64,000 bases of DNA from Mayamaea pseudoterrestris (taxonomy: Eukaryota), in the NCBI GenBank assembly GCA_027923505.1, contig BROI01000011.1:806001-870000 (forward strand), given 5' to 3'. The stretch's first letter is position 1. The number at the start of each line of letters is the position of its first letter. The notes under the pieces are model-generated. The model made no database searches. It saw only the letters and a program-made list of their open reading frames with translations, and was not told where the DNA came from. Below are positions 1 to 12,044 of this stretch, piece after piece. The position numbers and the translations under genes were made by a program.

Positions 1-805
1 CCTCTCGAAAATCAACTGGAATAATTGACTCATCCATGCCATCGTCTTCGTCCCTAAAGAAACGAATGGTCGACATTGTGAGAACCACTTTCATGAGCCA
101 GGACGTCAGACGTTGGGTAGCATAGTCAAGCACATGTCCACCGGATACTCACCCGTCATCGTCTTTAACATTACCGCCATGACCACTGAAACTGATGAAT
201 ACGACATCATTTGGCTGTGAATACTTTACCATTGCCTCGAAGCCTTTCTCAATATTGCTGCGTGTCGGCATGGCGTGTTTGCCGTCATCCATCAGCACAA
301 GCATCTGGCTTTCTTGGAAACCCATGGCGTCGATCAAATACTGCCGAATATTAAGGCAGTCATGCTGGGGAGCCTTCAATTCGCCGGCTCCCTGCCCAAC
401 ATAGTTTATGCCAATTAAAAGAGCTCGCCGACGCCCGGAATTGGGAGGGACAATGTTCAGAGGCTTTTCCGGATGCAAAGGCCGACTGCTCGATACTTGC
501 GGCTCCTGTTTGTAGCCTTGCTTCTTCAGTTCCATTCTCATTTGCTTGAGGACCGCAATCCAGCTCAATTTGTTGACGCGATGTGCATTGTCATACAGCA
601 CCTGTAGCAAGGCACTCGTGCAGCAACCACCACTCTTTCCGTTCGCGTTGGGAAGCTCAAACTGGGACGTATTGTAAGCTTCCTGAGCTTCCTGCGAATC
701 GTCAGCCGCCGAAAGCATGTTGAACTCCGAAGGTATAGCTTTCTCAACGACGGCATGGTAGTCGGGACTGTCGTTCGCTGGGACCTTTGATGTGGACTTG
801 GCCAT
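1..805 (-). CDS. Type III metacaspase (p10 domain N-terminal to p20), 3' end runs off the window; exons 805-153 and 53-<1
   Basis: p10-like motifs first (SAADDSQ, GGCCTSALL, QEPQVSSS), then p20 motifs RRALLIGINY and FSGHGG. A GT..AG intron at 152-54 splices in frame to give KDDDG-DEDDGMDESIIPVDF. Confidence 0.9.
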
Positions 806-1198
806 CTTTCTTATTCAGTCATCGATGACGCATTCAATTCTTGCTACGATAAACCTGATGATGGAGTAAGCAGCAGCAAGTCTGTGTCTAAAATACAACT
901 TGAACAAACATCAATGCTCCGCTACGTATGCATAGTTCACTCGACGGAAGCTTCCTGCTTATGACTCGTTTGTGACCGATCGGTCGTGGATGACCTTCAC
1001 TACCGGTCAGACTCACTATCTAATTTTCTCGCAAAAAGATACCTTTGCACATAAACGGCCGCCTCGGATATCAGCAATTGCTTCACCATGGAGTGATCTG
1101 AAAGAACGGCTGATATAATACATCTTTGCCGAAAAGTAACTAAAGCAATATTAGCAGGAAGCACGAACCACGAAGCACGGCAAGCATTACGCATCATC

Positions 1199-3636
1199 AT
1201 GACGGAAGAAGAGACGCAACAGCGTCTCATTCTCAGTCCAGAAGATGCCATGGACGACTTTGACACAAGCAGCGAGGATGAAAACAAACCGCCTCGTCCA
1301 CCGGGACGCGCCAAAGCTCCTCGTCCAAGCATGGTCGCACGACAAAGTCTTGCGACAAAGCGACGCCGTCGAAGCAGCATGATTCGCAATCGATTGAGTC
1401 TTACGTCGGCGAATGGAACGACACCTTCCGAACAGCACCTTGGTGAGCTCTATCGCAAGGCTATACGTATGAACGCCGAGAACCGCATCAATGCTCAAAA
1501 CTCTTGGAACTTGCCACTCATTGAGCACATTGACAAATTTTTGGAGGAAGATGAGGAGGAGGGAGAGGAAGAAAACCATATCAGCGATATGGAGTCAAGC
1601 CAGACGCCGAAAGCAAGCAAGCGAGTCAACTTCACCAAAGCCTCCTGCACACTTGATGCGTCAGTTAAAATTTACTCATTTCGAGTCGATGATGTCCATC
1701 TCACGAGCTACAAGGTCCTTGCGAACTTGAACCGCAATCAGAAACCGAATGAAAAGGACGGTGACGATGGAATCTTCCCGACGAATCATGACGATGAAGG
1801 CGACGAGACAGCCACCAAAACACCGGCCCGGAAGACGGCACGCTCCGCTCAAACCTTGGAAACTAATCGAGGTAAATTTTCTGATGGCATTCTTTATGGG
1901 AGTGTGCGCGCGCTTACTCAATCTTCCTTCTTTCTACTGACGCAGCAAACATTAATCTTAATCGCTTGGATGCGGCTTTTGACATTGACCCTCTCTTCCA
2001 CAAGATGAGCAAGAACTTTGACGAAGGCGGCGCGAAAGGTCTCTTGCTAGCGAACTTGCACACAAAAAATTGTAGCATTGTTTTCGACTCCAGCGAAGAA
2101 GAGGGCGTCACGGCTTTCAGTCAGCCAGAACCGGAATCGGTTGATATCTCGAGTTTGCAGAACAAATTAGAAAGCACGCTTGAAGATCAGCCTCTGGTTT
2201 CAATGCCGCTGGTACCTCAGCTCGCTAGCCTGAGAGCCGAGTTTGAAATTCTACTAAGCCAAGGCTTTGTGGTGGCTGACAGTAGTCTTAAGAGCAAACG
2301 TTTCCAGCCATCTGCTGATGAAGAGGAGCTCGCCGACAAATCGATCCATCAAGAGGCCCTTGAACGCAGCACTCGCACACCAGCCAAATCGGTCATGCGA
2401 GATGTTGACGACAGTGGCGACTTCAGCGAAATTCGTGGCAGTGGCATACGAGCCTTTCAAATTACTCCACAGGGCGAGTTCGCAGCCGATGAGTATGGCG
2501 CTGATGACTTTGGAGGCGGAGGTGACGATTATGATGACGATCACTTTGTCAACTTTATTGCTCAAGAGCAGCGTTATTCTGGCATCTCATTTTCGGCCGG
2601 CAGCCGTATCGATGATGGTTCAGATGGCAATCCCTTTGGTGACGATGACAAGGAGCCTTCTCCGACTACCGTTCTCCTGGACGCGCTTTCTAATAACAAC
2701 AACAATTTGCTTTCTCAAAGCAATTATTCCTATTTGAACGAGAAAGCACTCTCTCGCGTTGAAAATCTTTGGGCTGGAGCGACGCATTGGAAGCCAGCTC
2801 GCAAGAATGGACGCCAAACTGCCACAGCACAAGTCGCTGCGAAGAAGAAGAAAGGGCCTCGCAAAAAGGCGTCCAAAGAACGCACGTTTGTTTGCTTTGC
2901 TATGGCTCCAGATTTATCGGGGATTCTCCAAAAGCCTCCTCAGAAGAAGCGTGGAGCAAATCCGCTTTTGATGTCGGCGGCCATGATCAAGAAGCATGCC
3001 GCCAACTTAAACCTGCTGCCGCTGGATGCTGGCATCGGCATCGCGGAACTTACCAAGCTATTTCTTCGCCCGGATGCTGTCGTCTCATCATCATCGAATG
3101 CCCATTCTGCTGATGGGATTTTGACTGGTGGCCCATCCAAGTCTGTCGCCTTTGACATGACTGCCCACGACCCGTGGGGCGACGGTGGCGATGACGATGA
3201 TGGAACTGGCTTTGCCATGAATAATGACGACTCTATCGACGAGAACCAAGATTTTTGCATCCGCGAGCTGGATGATGTCCGACGCGTTGAAAAGGTGCGA
3301 GTCGGCTACGCGACAGTGGCCAAGAAGGTGGACGTCAAAAAGTTGAAGCGAGATTTGTGGAAGGAGCTGGAGGATCGTTTCTCCAGCAACGAGATAACGG
3401 ATGACGAAGATATGGTTGATGACGAGCGGGTCGAGGAAACGCTTGGTGTTGGTGTTTCCTTCCAGCACGCTGTCCAGGAATTGGAGCAGCGCAAGACTCA
3501 GCCTGACGCCACCCTATCCTTTTACTTTATCTCAATTTTGCACCTTGCGAACGAAAAGGGTCTCCGATTGGAGTCCAAGGGTCTTTGTGACTTTGAGATT
3601 TATCAAGACAAGAATTTCGTCGGCGGAAGCATTTAG
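1199..3636 (+). CDS. NCAPH: Condensin complex subunit 2 / CAP-H (barren, kleisin); exons 1199-1871, 1946-3636
   Basis: Motifs ENRINAQNSWNL, NFTKASCTLDASVKIYSFRVDDVH, IDPLFHKMSKNFDEGGAKGLLLANL, WAGATHWK, YATVAKKVDVKKLK and YFISILHLANEKGL. A 74-bp GT..AG intron joins the two ORFs in frame. Confidence 0.93.
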
Positions 3637-3933
3637 CTGCTAAAAGAAGTCGTTCGTTCAAGGGTAGAAGTAATCAATAAATATATGGTCTTAGCAAGCA
3701 GTCTATATGTAAAGGTTCGCCACACAAACTTTATATTTTCTCTCGCAATAGTGCAATAGCTTGCTTGCAACGCATCATTAGCTAGAAAGCAGACAGAAAG
3801 GACTTTCTTAGCTCCTTGGCGTCTGCCTCAAAACGCACCAGCCGTCACATTCGATGATACTGGACCCTCTGGTCTCTAAATTTTGCACTCAAAGAATCCA
3901 CCCACTTGCATTAGCAATAGTAGAAGCATCATC

Positions 3934-6900
3934 ATGCAAGCCGGCGACGACAAGGGAGCGGATCGTTCGTCGATTGAAATCAAGACGCTTCTCCGCAAGC
4001 TTCATCCGGCGCACGGCAACCACAAGGATCGAATCCGTCGGCTCAAAAAGTTTCGCAACTATGTGACTGGCGACAGCAAGCGGACGCCCGACTTTTATGA
4101 TGACGATATTCCACTCTTGTTCATGGGAGCCTTGGCGCCAGCCATGTATCTGGAGGAAGTGCAGGCGGATATATTGTCTGGTTTGTACGGATTGGTTCCA
4201 GCTTGTGGAACTCGGAGTGGTGAAAAGCAGGATGGAAGTGGATTAAAGCGAAGTGCGAAGAACGCGCTGCAACTACTCAAGTGGCTAGTGCTGGATTGGC
4301 GCGAAGCAGGCTCAACGTCGAGGGAGGAAGACAACTTATTTTGCACAGCCTTTTTGTGTCTCGAAGCAAACTCGTATCATCACTTGCACTTGGATGCCCA
4401 CTTGGTTGGAGGCAAGGGCGATGATCGCAGTGGTGCCAAGGAAGAGGCTTGCGAAATTATTGTTTTGATTTTAACTAGACACATGTCGCCGGATAATGAA
4501 AGCCTTCAACCATTGCTGATTGAGGAACTCTTGTCGACGCCAAAGGCGCAGCAGGAGTTTGAGTTGTGGCTTGCGAAGAATACGTCTCCGACCGTTCAAG
4601 ACGTTATTAACAAGAATGCTGCTGCTCGTCAGCAGGAGCTTGCGTTGCAGCAACGTCAGGATGCATTGGCAAACAAGGCTCTGGGAATGGCCGGAACGGA
4701 CGATTATCTGGATGAGAGTGACAATGACGATGACTCGGAGCATGGCAAGGATGAAGCGGACGATTCAGACTCGGAAGACATTGACGATGCCGACGATGTC
4801 ATGGCAACCATGCGCAAGAGAAAGAAGGCGATGCGAAAAGAACTCAAGGAGGCGGAAGGGCGAGGCGAATTGACCAAAAGTCATGGAGTTGTCACTCGTT
4901 GGGTAGATTCTCAATTGGCGCGCGAGCGACGGGCCCGTGAAGCGTCAGCGGCTCGTGCGGGGCAACACGAAACCATTCGTGATTCACAAGAAGCAGTGCA
5001 GGAATTTTTGGAGCGCGAAGAGGAAAAGTCAAAGGTTTTGTCCAAGGATCCACTGGGCATTGTTAACGAAGAAGGGTTTGACCTGCGCAACGTGGAGAAG
5101 AGTCAAGCCGAGCAGATGGAGCAGGCCCTTCATGAGCTACAAGAGGAAGTCCAGCGAGCAGAAGCGACGAACAATGAGAAAACAATAAGACGTGCTATGG
5201 CCAAGAAGGAGTCACTCGAGGCATTTGTGGACCGTCTTGGTGGCATCGACGCTTTAGAAAATGAGATTAGTCTCGCCCATTCGATTCTTCCGACGAATCC
5301 AAAATTTGATCCAGTCCTCTTGCTGACTTTGGTACATCGATCGACTCTTTACAATTCTCTTACTGGATGCATGGATCGGCTAACTAGTAAGTATAATGCT
5401 CAGACTTATTGCATTTACACAATGCTATTCTTGGACTGACGATTTGATTTGATCATTTCACAAACAGGCAAGACTGAAAATCAAGTAGAGCAGCTCCAGA
5501 ATTTAGTTCGGGACAACTTTCCACTGTTCGTACGTTGCGCTGAGGGCTTTGAAGAGTTTCGAGCGAGCACGGAGGATGAGGTTGGTCTTGGTTACAACGA
5601 ACGCATTGACAAGCTTGAGGCGATAGCGGAATCTTGTGCTTTTCAGGCAAAAAAGTCTTTCAAGCCTCTCTTGGATAACGCCAGCGAGGTTCGCAAGGTG
5701 CAGAGTGCAGTAAATGTCTTGCAGCGGGTGGCTCCGATCTTGCAAGTGCCTGCACTGATGAGACAGCACATCGAGAACCGTCGATACTCGCAGGCGCTCA
5801 AGACGTACCGTCGAGTCCTTGTTGTTGATAAATCGGTTGAAATCGAGCTTTTGAAGCACGTAAAATCTCAGGCCGAAGAATGCGTCCACGAAGCTCGGTA
5901 TGCGCTGGAAAGCCGACTCGCACAAGACAAAGCGTCGGTTGAAGAGCTTTTGGAGGGCATTCGAGACACTGACGAATTGATATCGCTCACAGAGACGCCC
6001 ATTGGACTTAGCAAAGGCCGCGAAACTAGGATTCAACAGTCGTCGAATGATTTGAGTCAGCAAACACCGGAAGCTCGAGGCTTTTACGAAATTGATGGAG
6101 GTATGTTCTTATCGTTTGACTGCAGGTATCTTTGAAAATGATTTCACCTTGTCGTTTAATTTCAAAATTCAGTCACAATTAATGTTCGTGAGCATCCGCC
6201 GGCTCTGGCGTGTCTTCTTTTGCAAGCTGCGCATTTCTCGTCCGGTGTGAGGAGAATAATTGACGACGCTGATCTTATTATGCAGCGGATTTTTGCCGGG
6301 GAGTCGCTTTCGAATGTGCAGACGGATATTTCCTCGAGTCAGCATGACGGTGATACCGACCAGAAGGCAGCTCGCGGCTCCGGTAATCAATGGAAATATG
6401 ATGTGCTTGACGCTCGAGTTATTTCTACCGTCAAGTCTGTAGCGTATATCCGCTTATGGTTACAGCGACTTATTCGCGTTGGGCGAGCTGCTAGAGAAGA
6501 CGAGAAGCGACGTGCAGCTCGGATTGGCCGCACAAGGCAGGATACTCGTAATTCTGTTTATGATGACAATCAACTGACGGCATTTGAGGTGTTTATCAGC
6601 AACATTGCTCCGTCTCTTACGCGTTTGGTTGAGCATACTGCCTTTTGTGCATTGGGATCGAACAGCAGGTCAGGAAAAGATGTCACGATGACTTTCGGTC
6701 AAAATGTGCCTGACAAGCTGCGTACGCTTCTTCGGTCGCCTCTACCACCGTCGCAGAGCACAAAGGTTGGAAAGGAGCTTGCTGCGATGGTTGAAATTCT
6801 GTCGGACTCGTCTGCTGACGCAAGTGCTCTTCGCGGTGACAGAGATGTGAACGCTTTTCAGTTGTCGCCGCTTGACGAATGCAAGTCGCTTGGCGATTCC

Positions 6901-7824
6901 GCCGTTGTTACAATTGAAAAACGTCGTTGTATTTACGCGTTTGATGTCTGCTCCCGTGCTTGTTCCAACAGAGCCTCCGGTAGCGGACGCTTTGATGCAG
7001 ATGCGCTTGTAAATTGTCTACAAAATTTGGCCGAGCAACTCTCTCGCCCAGAGCAATGTTCTAACGAAGTCGAGAAAGGTTGTGAACTCGTCATTCGTCG
7101 CTGTTGCGAGGGTCTTGCGACGTATGTCAGAGACCGTGGCGATGCAGCGAGGCTTAATGCTGTCGCGGAATGTGCTGATGTCATGGCAGATCGCGTAGCA
7201 GATATCGTTCGTGAAGCGTCAGTACTTACGGACAATGGCTTAATTATTCAGGAAGCCATTTCTGAGGATATCATGGCGCTAGAGAGTGCCATGTTTGACG
7301 AATTTCTCGAAAATATAAGGTCGGGAGTTGCCAGTAGCGTACGCGTCGGCTGGTTGGACACGGACACAGATGCGTCAGCTGCCGACGGAGACTATATGGC
7401 GCAAACCTCCTTTCCAGGGTACTTGTCTGCATCGCTCATGGCCATTGTACGCTGCAGGGCTCAAGTGGAGCAGGCGCTAGGCGATAAGATTCGAGTGTCT
7501 GAGAGCGTTCCTTACCAGCATTTAGCCATGGCTACGGTGTCCGATGGCGTCGTCGAAGGGATTTGTAATGAGATCATTAGCCGCAAAGCTTCTCTGAAAG
7601 TACGCCAAGCGGATCGACTCGCTAACGAGCTCGAATTTCTCAAGAGTGTTCTCAAAAGGTTTCTGGGCGAAAATGCGCGCTCACTGCTAGACTCAACGCG
7701 GCAGTTGGTCGCTGCAAAGGCCGGCAGAGGACGGGACTACCAAGGCGACGGACCTGATGGGCTTGCTGCTTTGGAGGAGCTTGAACGACTTGGAAGAGTC
7801 TACGTACTGTGTCTTGGCGAATGA
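3934..7824 (+). CDS. SEC5: Exocyst complex component 2 (Sec5)-like protein with a long N-terminal extension; exons 3934-5386, 5468-6100, 6173-7824
   Basis: Spliced sequence FDPVLLLTLVHRST..SKTENQVEQLQNLVRDNFPLFVRC and FKPLLDNASEVRKVQSAVNVLQR..LQVPALMRQHIENRRYSQALKTYRR matches the Sec5/Vps51-type helical N-domain. Both introns (5387-5467, 6101-6172) are GT..AG and frame-consistent. Confidence 0.75.
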
Positions 7825-7886
7825 TCATGTGTAATAAGGCAGTCATAAATCTTAACATTAGTGGGTATAAATTGAAACGGTTCAAG

Positions 7887-9779
7887 TTACCATAACCAGT
7901 CATTCGTTGTTATCCCGCGCGATGGTACAGAAGCAACATCCGACTCAGAAAAGGCGGAACTGATACCACTAAGCAGCAACGCCGAGAGAGTCTCATTTTC
8001 CATCGCATGATAGTCCACATCTATAAAGCTTTTTGGTTTGTTATAAATTCCAGCGCCTGAGCTGCCGCTAGCCGTGTCATCCGTTCCAGCTGTCGAAGAT
8101 GCGAGGATGTCGCTACTTGAGTCCGACATAGTAATAGCGTCCGAGCCGGACGCTTGACCCAAACTGTATTCTCGTCCGTCATCGTCATGTGCTTCGAACT
8201 CATCGTCAGTTGGAACTGCGTTTAAGCGATTCCCGCAGGCACACCGATCACCTGAGCAAAAGTCGATACTTTGTTGAAAGTCTTGAATGTCATGATGGAA
8301 CATGCTAGCTTCCTGCCTATGCGACTGCCTTTTGCGGCTGTTTGTCTCAAGTGGTCGTACGGCGCTTCCAACGGGAGCAGCCGTAATCGGTCCAGCCGAA
8401 GTCATGCGCGTGAAATTTTGACTTTGTACGAAGGATGACTTTGTGCCCATATGTTTGTAAGGAGACGGAGGAGGATCCCTTTCTTGTTCCGTCATATCGC
8501 ATGAGTTCATGGATGGCGGGCCACATATCTGCGCCTCAGCGGCCATCCTCCTCCCATCTATTTCAGGATCAAGTTCCTCCGAAAAGTCGTTGTAGTCATC
8601 TGCCAAGCCTTCGCGCGGCATGATGACATTACTTTTGTCGGTGGATCCTGGATGCCCGCCAGTGTAATAGTAGGTGCCTTCCTTGACCTTATCCATTTGT
8701 GCATGCTCCTGGTGTACCGGCGAAACTACAGTTTTTCGTCCCCGAAATCCATTTCGTACTGTCCGAAACAAACCTTTGCGTCGCTTTGACTGTTGTTGGC
8801 CAACAGTAGGCATGACACATCCGGATTGTTTTTGAGATGTCACCATCAATGCCGGCTTTTTAGCAGGTGTAGCTAGCATCATGTTCCTTTCGTCCTCGGC
8901 AAGTGAAAATGAATCCGCCAGTGACATGGCTCGCATGGTCCGCAAGACACTGAGAACGTCCGACACGGAATGTTTCCTCTCAATTTGGAGTGCCGATGGC
9001 ATGGACAAAATTTCCACTCGAGGTGCAGAAGAAAGAGTTTGCTCTTCAATGTCCCAGCTCATTTCGTTCTCGTAGAAACTACTATCAGCCAACTCCTCCC
9101 TCCAGGAGACTGACTTTCCCAAGCCACTCTTGCTTTTTTGGACGTCAAGCTCCTGCAGCGTGTCTTCGTTCCAGGACACACTCTTGGCCAGTGCATCCAA
9201 ATTGCGGTACTTTTTCAATGCGCTATTGACATGAGGAACGGCAGTGGGCCGTTGCCTTGATGATTCCATTGCGTGCGTGCGAGCGCAAAACGCATCATCC
9301 CTCTTCTCCCTTGGAGTTGTCGCGGCGTCGTTTGCCGTTCGCTTGTTAGTTTTTGATGAACCTTTTGCAATCCGACCCTCGCCTTGTTCCTTAATAAGGA
9401 CAACTTCCATTTCTTCAGGACTTCCTTCATTGTTGATGTCATGAATGACATTCTTGGCAAATGCAGAATCCTTGCTTTCTGTCATTAGCAAGCGACAAAC
9501 GTTTCCCTTTCGTCCGTCGCGAGCATCCTCATCGTCGTTTGTACGAGTCGTCTTGACGTACTCCGTCACGGTTTCCAATTTCAAGTCATTGATAAGTCGC
9601 TTGGGCTGAGTATTTTCGTAGTAGGACGCCAATGCATTGGACAAGGATTTCTTCATCCGCATCTTCGATGACCTTGGGCCTTGGGCTGCGGTTGGAAAGA
9701 ATCGGCTGTTGCGGGTGCAAATGGAGTATCCAATCCTTGAACTGCAAGACGGAAATTCACTTCCGTTTTTCTTCATCAT
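7887..9779 (-). CDS. Hypothetical protein, Ser/Asp-rich and probably disordered (start codon uncertain)
   Basis: 630-codon ORF with no recognisable domain; short internal repeat KSVSWNE/KSVSWRE. Confidence 0.65.
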   Translation of the reverse strand: MMKKNGSEFPSCSSRIGYSICTRNSRFFPTAAQGPRSSKMRMKKSLSNALASYYENTQPKRLINDLKLETVTEYVKTTRTNDDEDARDGRKGNVCRLLMTESKDSAFAKNVIHDINNEGSPEEMEVVLIKEQGEGRIAKGSSKTNKRTANDAATTPREKRDDAFCARTHAMESSRQRPTAVPHVNSALKKYRNLDALAKSVSWNEDTLQELDVQKSKSGLGKSVSWREELADSSFYENEMSWDIEEQTLSSAPRVEILSMPSALQIERKHSVSDVLSVLRTMRAMSLADSFSLAEDERNMMLATPAKKPALMVTSQKQSGCVMPTVGQQQSKRRKGLFRTVRNGFRGRKTVVSPVHQEHAQMDKVKEGTYYYTGGHPGSTDKSNVIMPREGLADDYNDFSEELDPEIDGRRMAAEAQICGPPSMNSCDMTEQERDPPPSPYKHMGTKSSFVQSQNFTRMTSAGPITAAPVGSAVRPLETNSRKRQSHRQEASMFHHDIQDFQQSIDFCSGDRCACGNRLNAVPTDDEFEAHDDDGREYSLGQASGSDAITMSDSSSDILASSTAGTDDTASGSSGAGIYNKPKSFIDVDYHAMENETLSALLLSGISSAFSESDVASVPSRGITTNDWLW

Positions 9780-10065
9780 CCTACATCATTTTCCAACTGG
9801 CGCTGTCTGCTATAGTAGTCGTCAGTTCAATCACTGGCGAGTGGGTAGTTACAGAAGTAACGCCTTGGTCGAACGCTTGGATGCCTATGAAACCTTGTGG
9901 CGCGCTGGCGCGGTTGATTCAAATTGAAAGCATTTCGGCGGTTGTGCTTCGATCAAGCCATGTCGCATCGACGTCAGTGACGACGTCGCGACTGGAATCC
10001 AACGATGACGGCAAGCCTCTCTCTGCTTCAGCGGAGCTTGATCATCGTGCACATCGTCTAGCATC

Positions 10066-11877
10066 ATGAACGACTTGAAAGACATGGAGGCACCGCCCAA
10101 CACCGAAACGGACGACAACATGACTGAAGAGGCAAAGAAGCGAAAGCGGGACCAAGACGTTGTTATACCGGTAGGCGATCACCTTCGCGCAAGTGATGCA
10201 GCCAAGACCTTGGCATCGCCGTCGGCCGAAGCTTCACAGGGCGACAATGACGGTGTCGCAAGTGCCAAAAGTCCAAAGAAGCGCAAAACGCAGCCGAACG
10301 ACGCTCGACCGCGAACGAGGCGCAGCTGCTTGCCCACCGTGTTGGAGGTTCCATCGCCGTTCGAAACATCGTCACCTCCATCCATCCGGATGGAAACTGT
10401 CGAGGTGCGCCGAGGTGAAGATCACGTGGTCAAGCAGGTGACTACTACCAGCCAAGTTGTTGCTGTGCAGGCTAATACCACTCGAAGAAGCAACGCTAAT
10501 CGAGTGAATCCTCCTCCGCCGCCGCCTCCGCCAATTCTTCAAGTGAAGCCCTCTGTGTCCAGCACCGCCGTCAGCGCTGCCGCAGTCAGGTGCATTCCAC
10601 CACCTCCTCCTCCGCCACCGCTGGCCAATGCTTTTCAGGCGAATCCGGTAAGAAACTTATCGATGCGCAACATTCCGCCACCGCCGCCGCCTCGACAAGC
10701 AGTCGCCTATTCAGCGCCTCGGCCAGCCCATCAAGCTTCGTTTCAACCGGCTGAGAGTAACGCTGCATTGACTGCCGACAAAATGCATGTCGCGAGCGGT
10801 ACCGAGTACGAGGGAGACGATGCGCAACCATCTCTGGCCGAAGCCGAATCCAATTCCTTTGACAGCCCGTCGCATCATGGAGTCAATCATGAGGAAGAAC
10901 TGGAGCTGGAGGCCACTCATCAGCATGCACCACGATCCATCCTGCGACGCTTGTTGCATGCCATGGCTTTATTGACTGCGGGATTCTGTTTGCTGCTAGT
11001 CGCCGTTAGTCTTGGCTCTGACACTGAACCAGGATTACACCTTCACATTATGCTTCCCGAGCAAAATGGATCCATGCTAATGGATGAAGATGCCTTGAAA
11101 GAATACTGGAAGAAGCATGCGCCATCTCAAGCGGTGGAGTTGTTCGAGCATGTGGAATACATGAATGAAGTGGAGGAGCAGCAGCAGCAAAGAGGCGACA
11201 GCAACAACAGTCTACAGCTTGGAGTCGCGCCAATGTCGTCCACCGGCGCGGCACCAATGTGCGTCTCCTTCCTGGTGCAATCCGTCTCGGATTTGCTGGC
11301 GGCCACCAACATTAAAGTTTCATTTCCAGAAATTATGATAAAGCACTCTATGGATGGATCGGAGCAGCGACTGTTGGGCGGGGTGGACTATGATACTTCG
11401 TCTGAAGGTCAAAGCAGTCATGACGGCAGCAAGGCGCTCGTCCCGTTTAGCAACAGTCAGCTTGAAGGCAATTTGCTGTCGCGCATGACGGCTTTCAAGT
11501 TTCCCCTCTTTGCGTGGTCTCACGCTGGTGATCAGCATGTGGTCGTCGTACCGGATCAGCATCAGCAGAAGGAACTTCCGACTGATGCCAAACTCTTGTC
11601 CATGGAGATTCGACCATGCGACGAAGACGACTACGAAGAGGAGGAAGTTGTGGAGAATGAAACTGTATCTGGCAAGAAGACGAAAAAGAAGCGCCGCCGC
11701 AAACGAAAGATTCTAAAGCGAGCGGCTCGCAAGATTCAAGAGGAAACCGACAAGCTCATGCAAGGCGTGCAAGACACGGGAAAGAAGATCCAGCAAGGCA
11801 TTGGGGGTATCAAGAACAAAACGGGCAACTTGCTAATGAATGTAGCGTCGTGGCACAAGCACAAAAAGTGGTTGTAG
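10066..11877 (+). CDS. Hypothetical single-pass membrane protein with basic clusters and three polyproline tracts
   Basis: 603-codon ORF with KKRKR and PKKRK clusters, three poly-Pro runs, hydrophobic segment LLHAMALLTAGFCLLLVAVSLG and a basic C-terminal tail. Confidence 0.75.
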   Translation: MNDLKDMEAPPNTETDDNMTEEAKKRKRDQDVVIPVGDHLRASDAAKTLASPSAEASQGDNDGVASAKSPKKRKTQPNDARPRTRRSCLPTVLEVPSPFETSSPPSIRMETVEVRRGEDHVVKQVTTTSQVVAVQANTTRRSNANRVNPPPPPPPPILQVKPSVSSTAVSAAAVRCIPPPPPPPPLANAFQANPVRNLSMRNIPPPPPPRQAVAYSAPRPAHQASFQPAESNAALTADKMHVASGTEYEGDDAQPSLAEAESNSFDSPSHHGVNHEEELELEATHQHAPRSILRRLLHAMALLTAGFCLLLVAVSLGSDTEPGLHLHIMLPEQNGSMLMDEDALKEYWKKHAPSQAVELFEHVEYMNEVEEQQQQRGDSNNSLQLGVAPMSSTGAAPMCVSFLVQSVSDLLAATNIKVSFPEIMIKHSMDGSEQRLLGGVDYDTSSEGQSSHDGSKALVPFSNSQLEGNLLSRMTAFKFPLFAWSHAGDQHVVVVPDQHQQKELPTDAKLLSMEIRPCDEDDYEEEEVVENETVSGKKTKKKRRRKRKILKRAARKIQEETDKLMQGVQDTGKKIQQGIGGIKNKTGNLLMNVASWHKHKKWL

Positions 11878-12044
11878 AGGAAAATGTAGGCTGCAAGCGA
11901 GTTAAATAAAATAAACATTATCATTGCCGTGTCAGCTGCCCGTGTGCTTTATAAAAGAATTACATAGTGCTAGTCTATAAGGTTACATAGCGATGCACAA
12001 AGGCTGACCAGCAAATCAAGTCATTATACCAAACCTCAACCATA

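Noticed and set aside
10505..10695. CCG/CCT microsatellite-like tracts
   Set aside because: They encode the polyproline runs of the 10066-11877 ORF.
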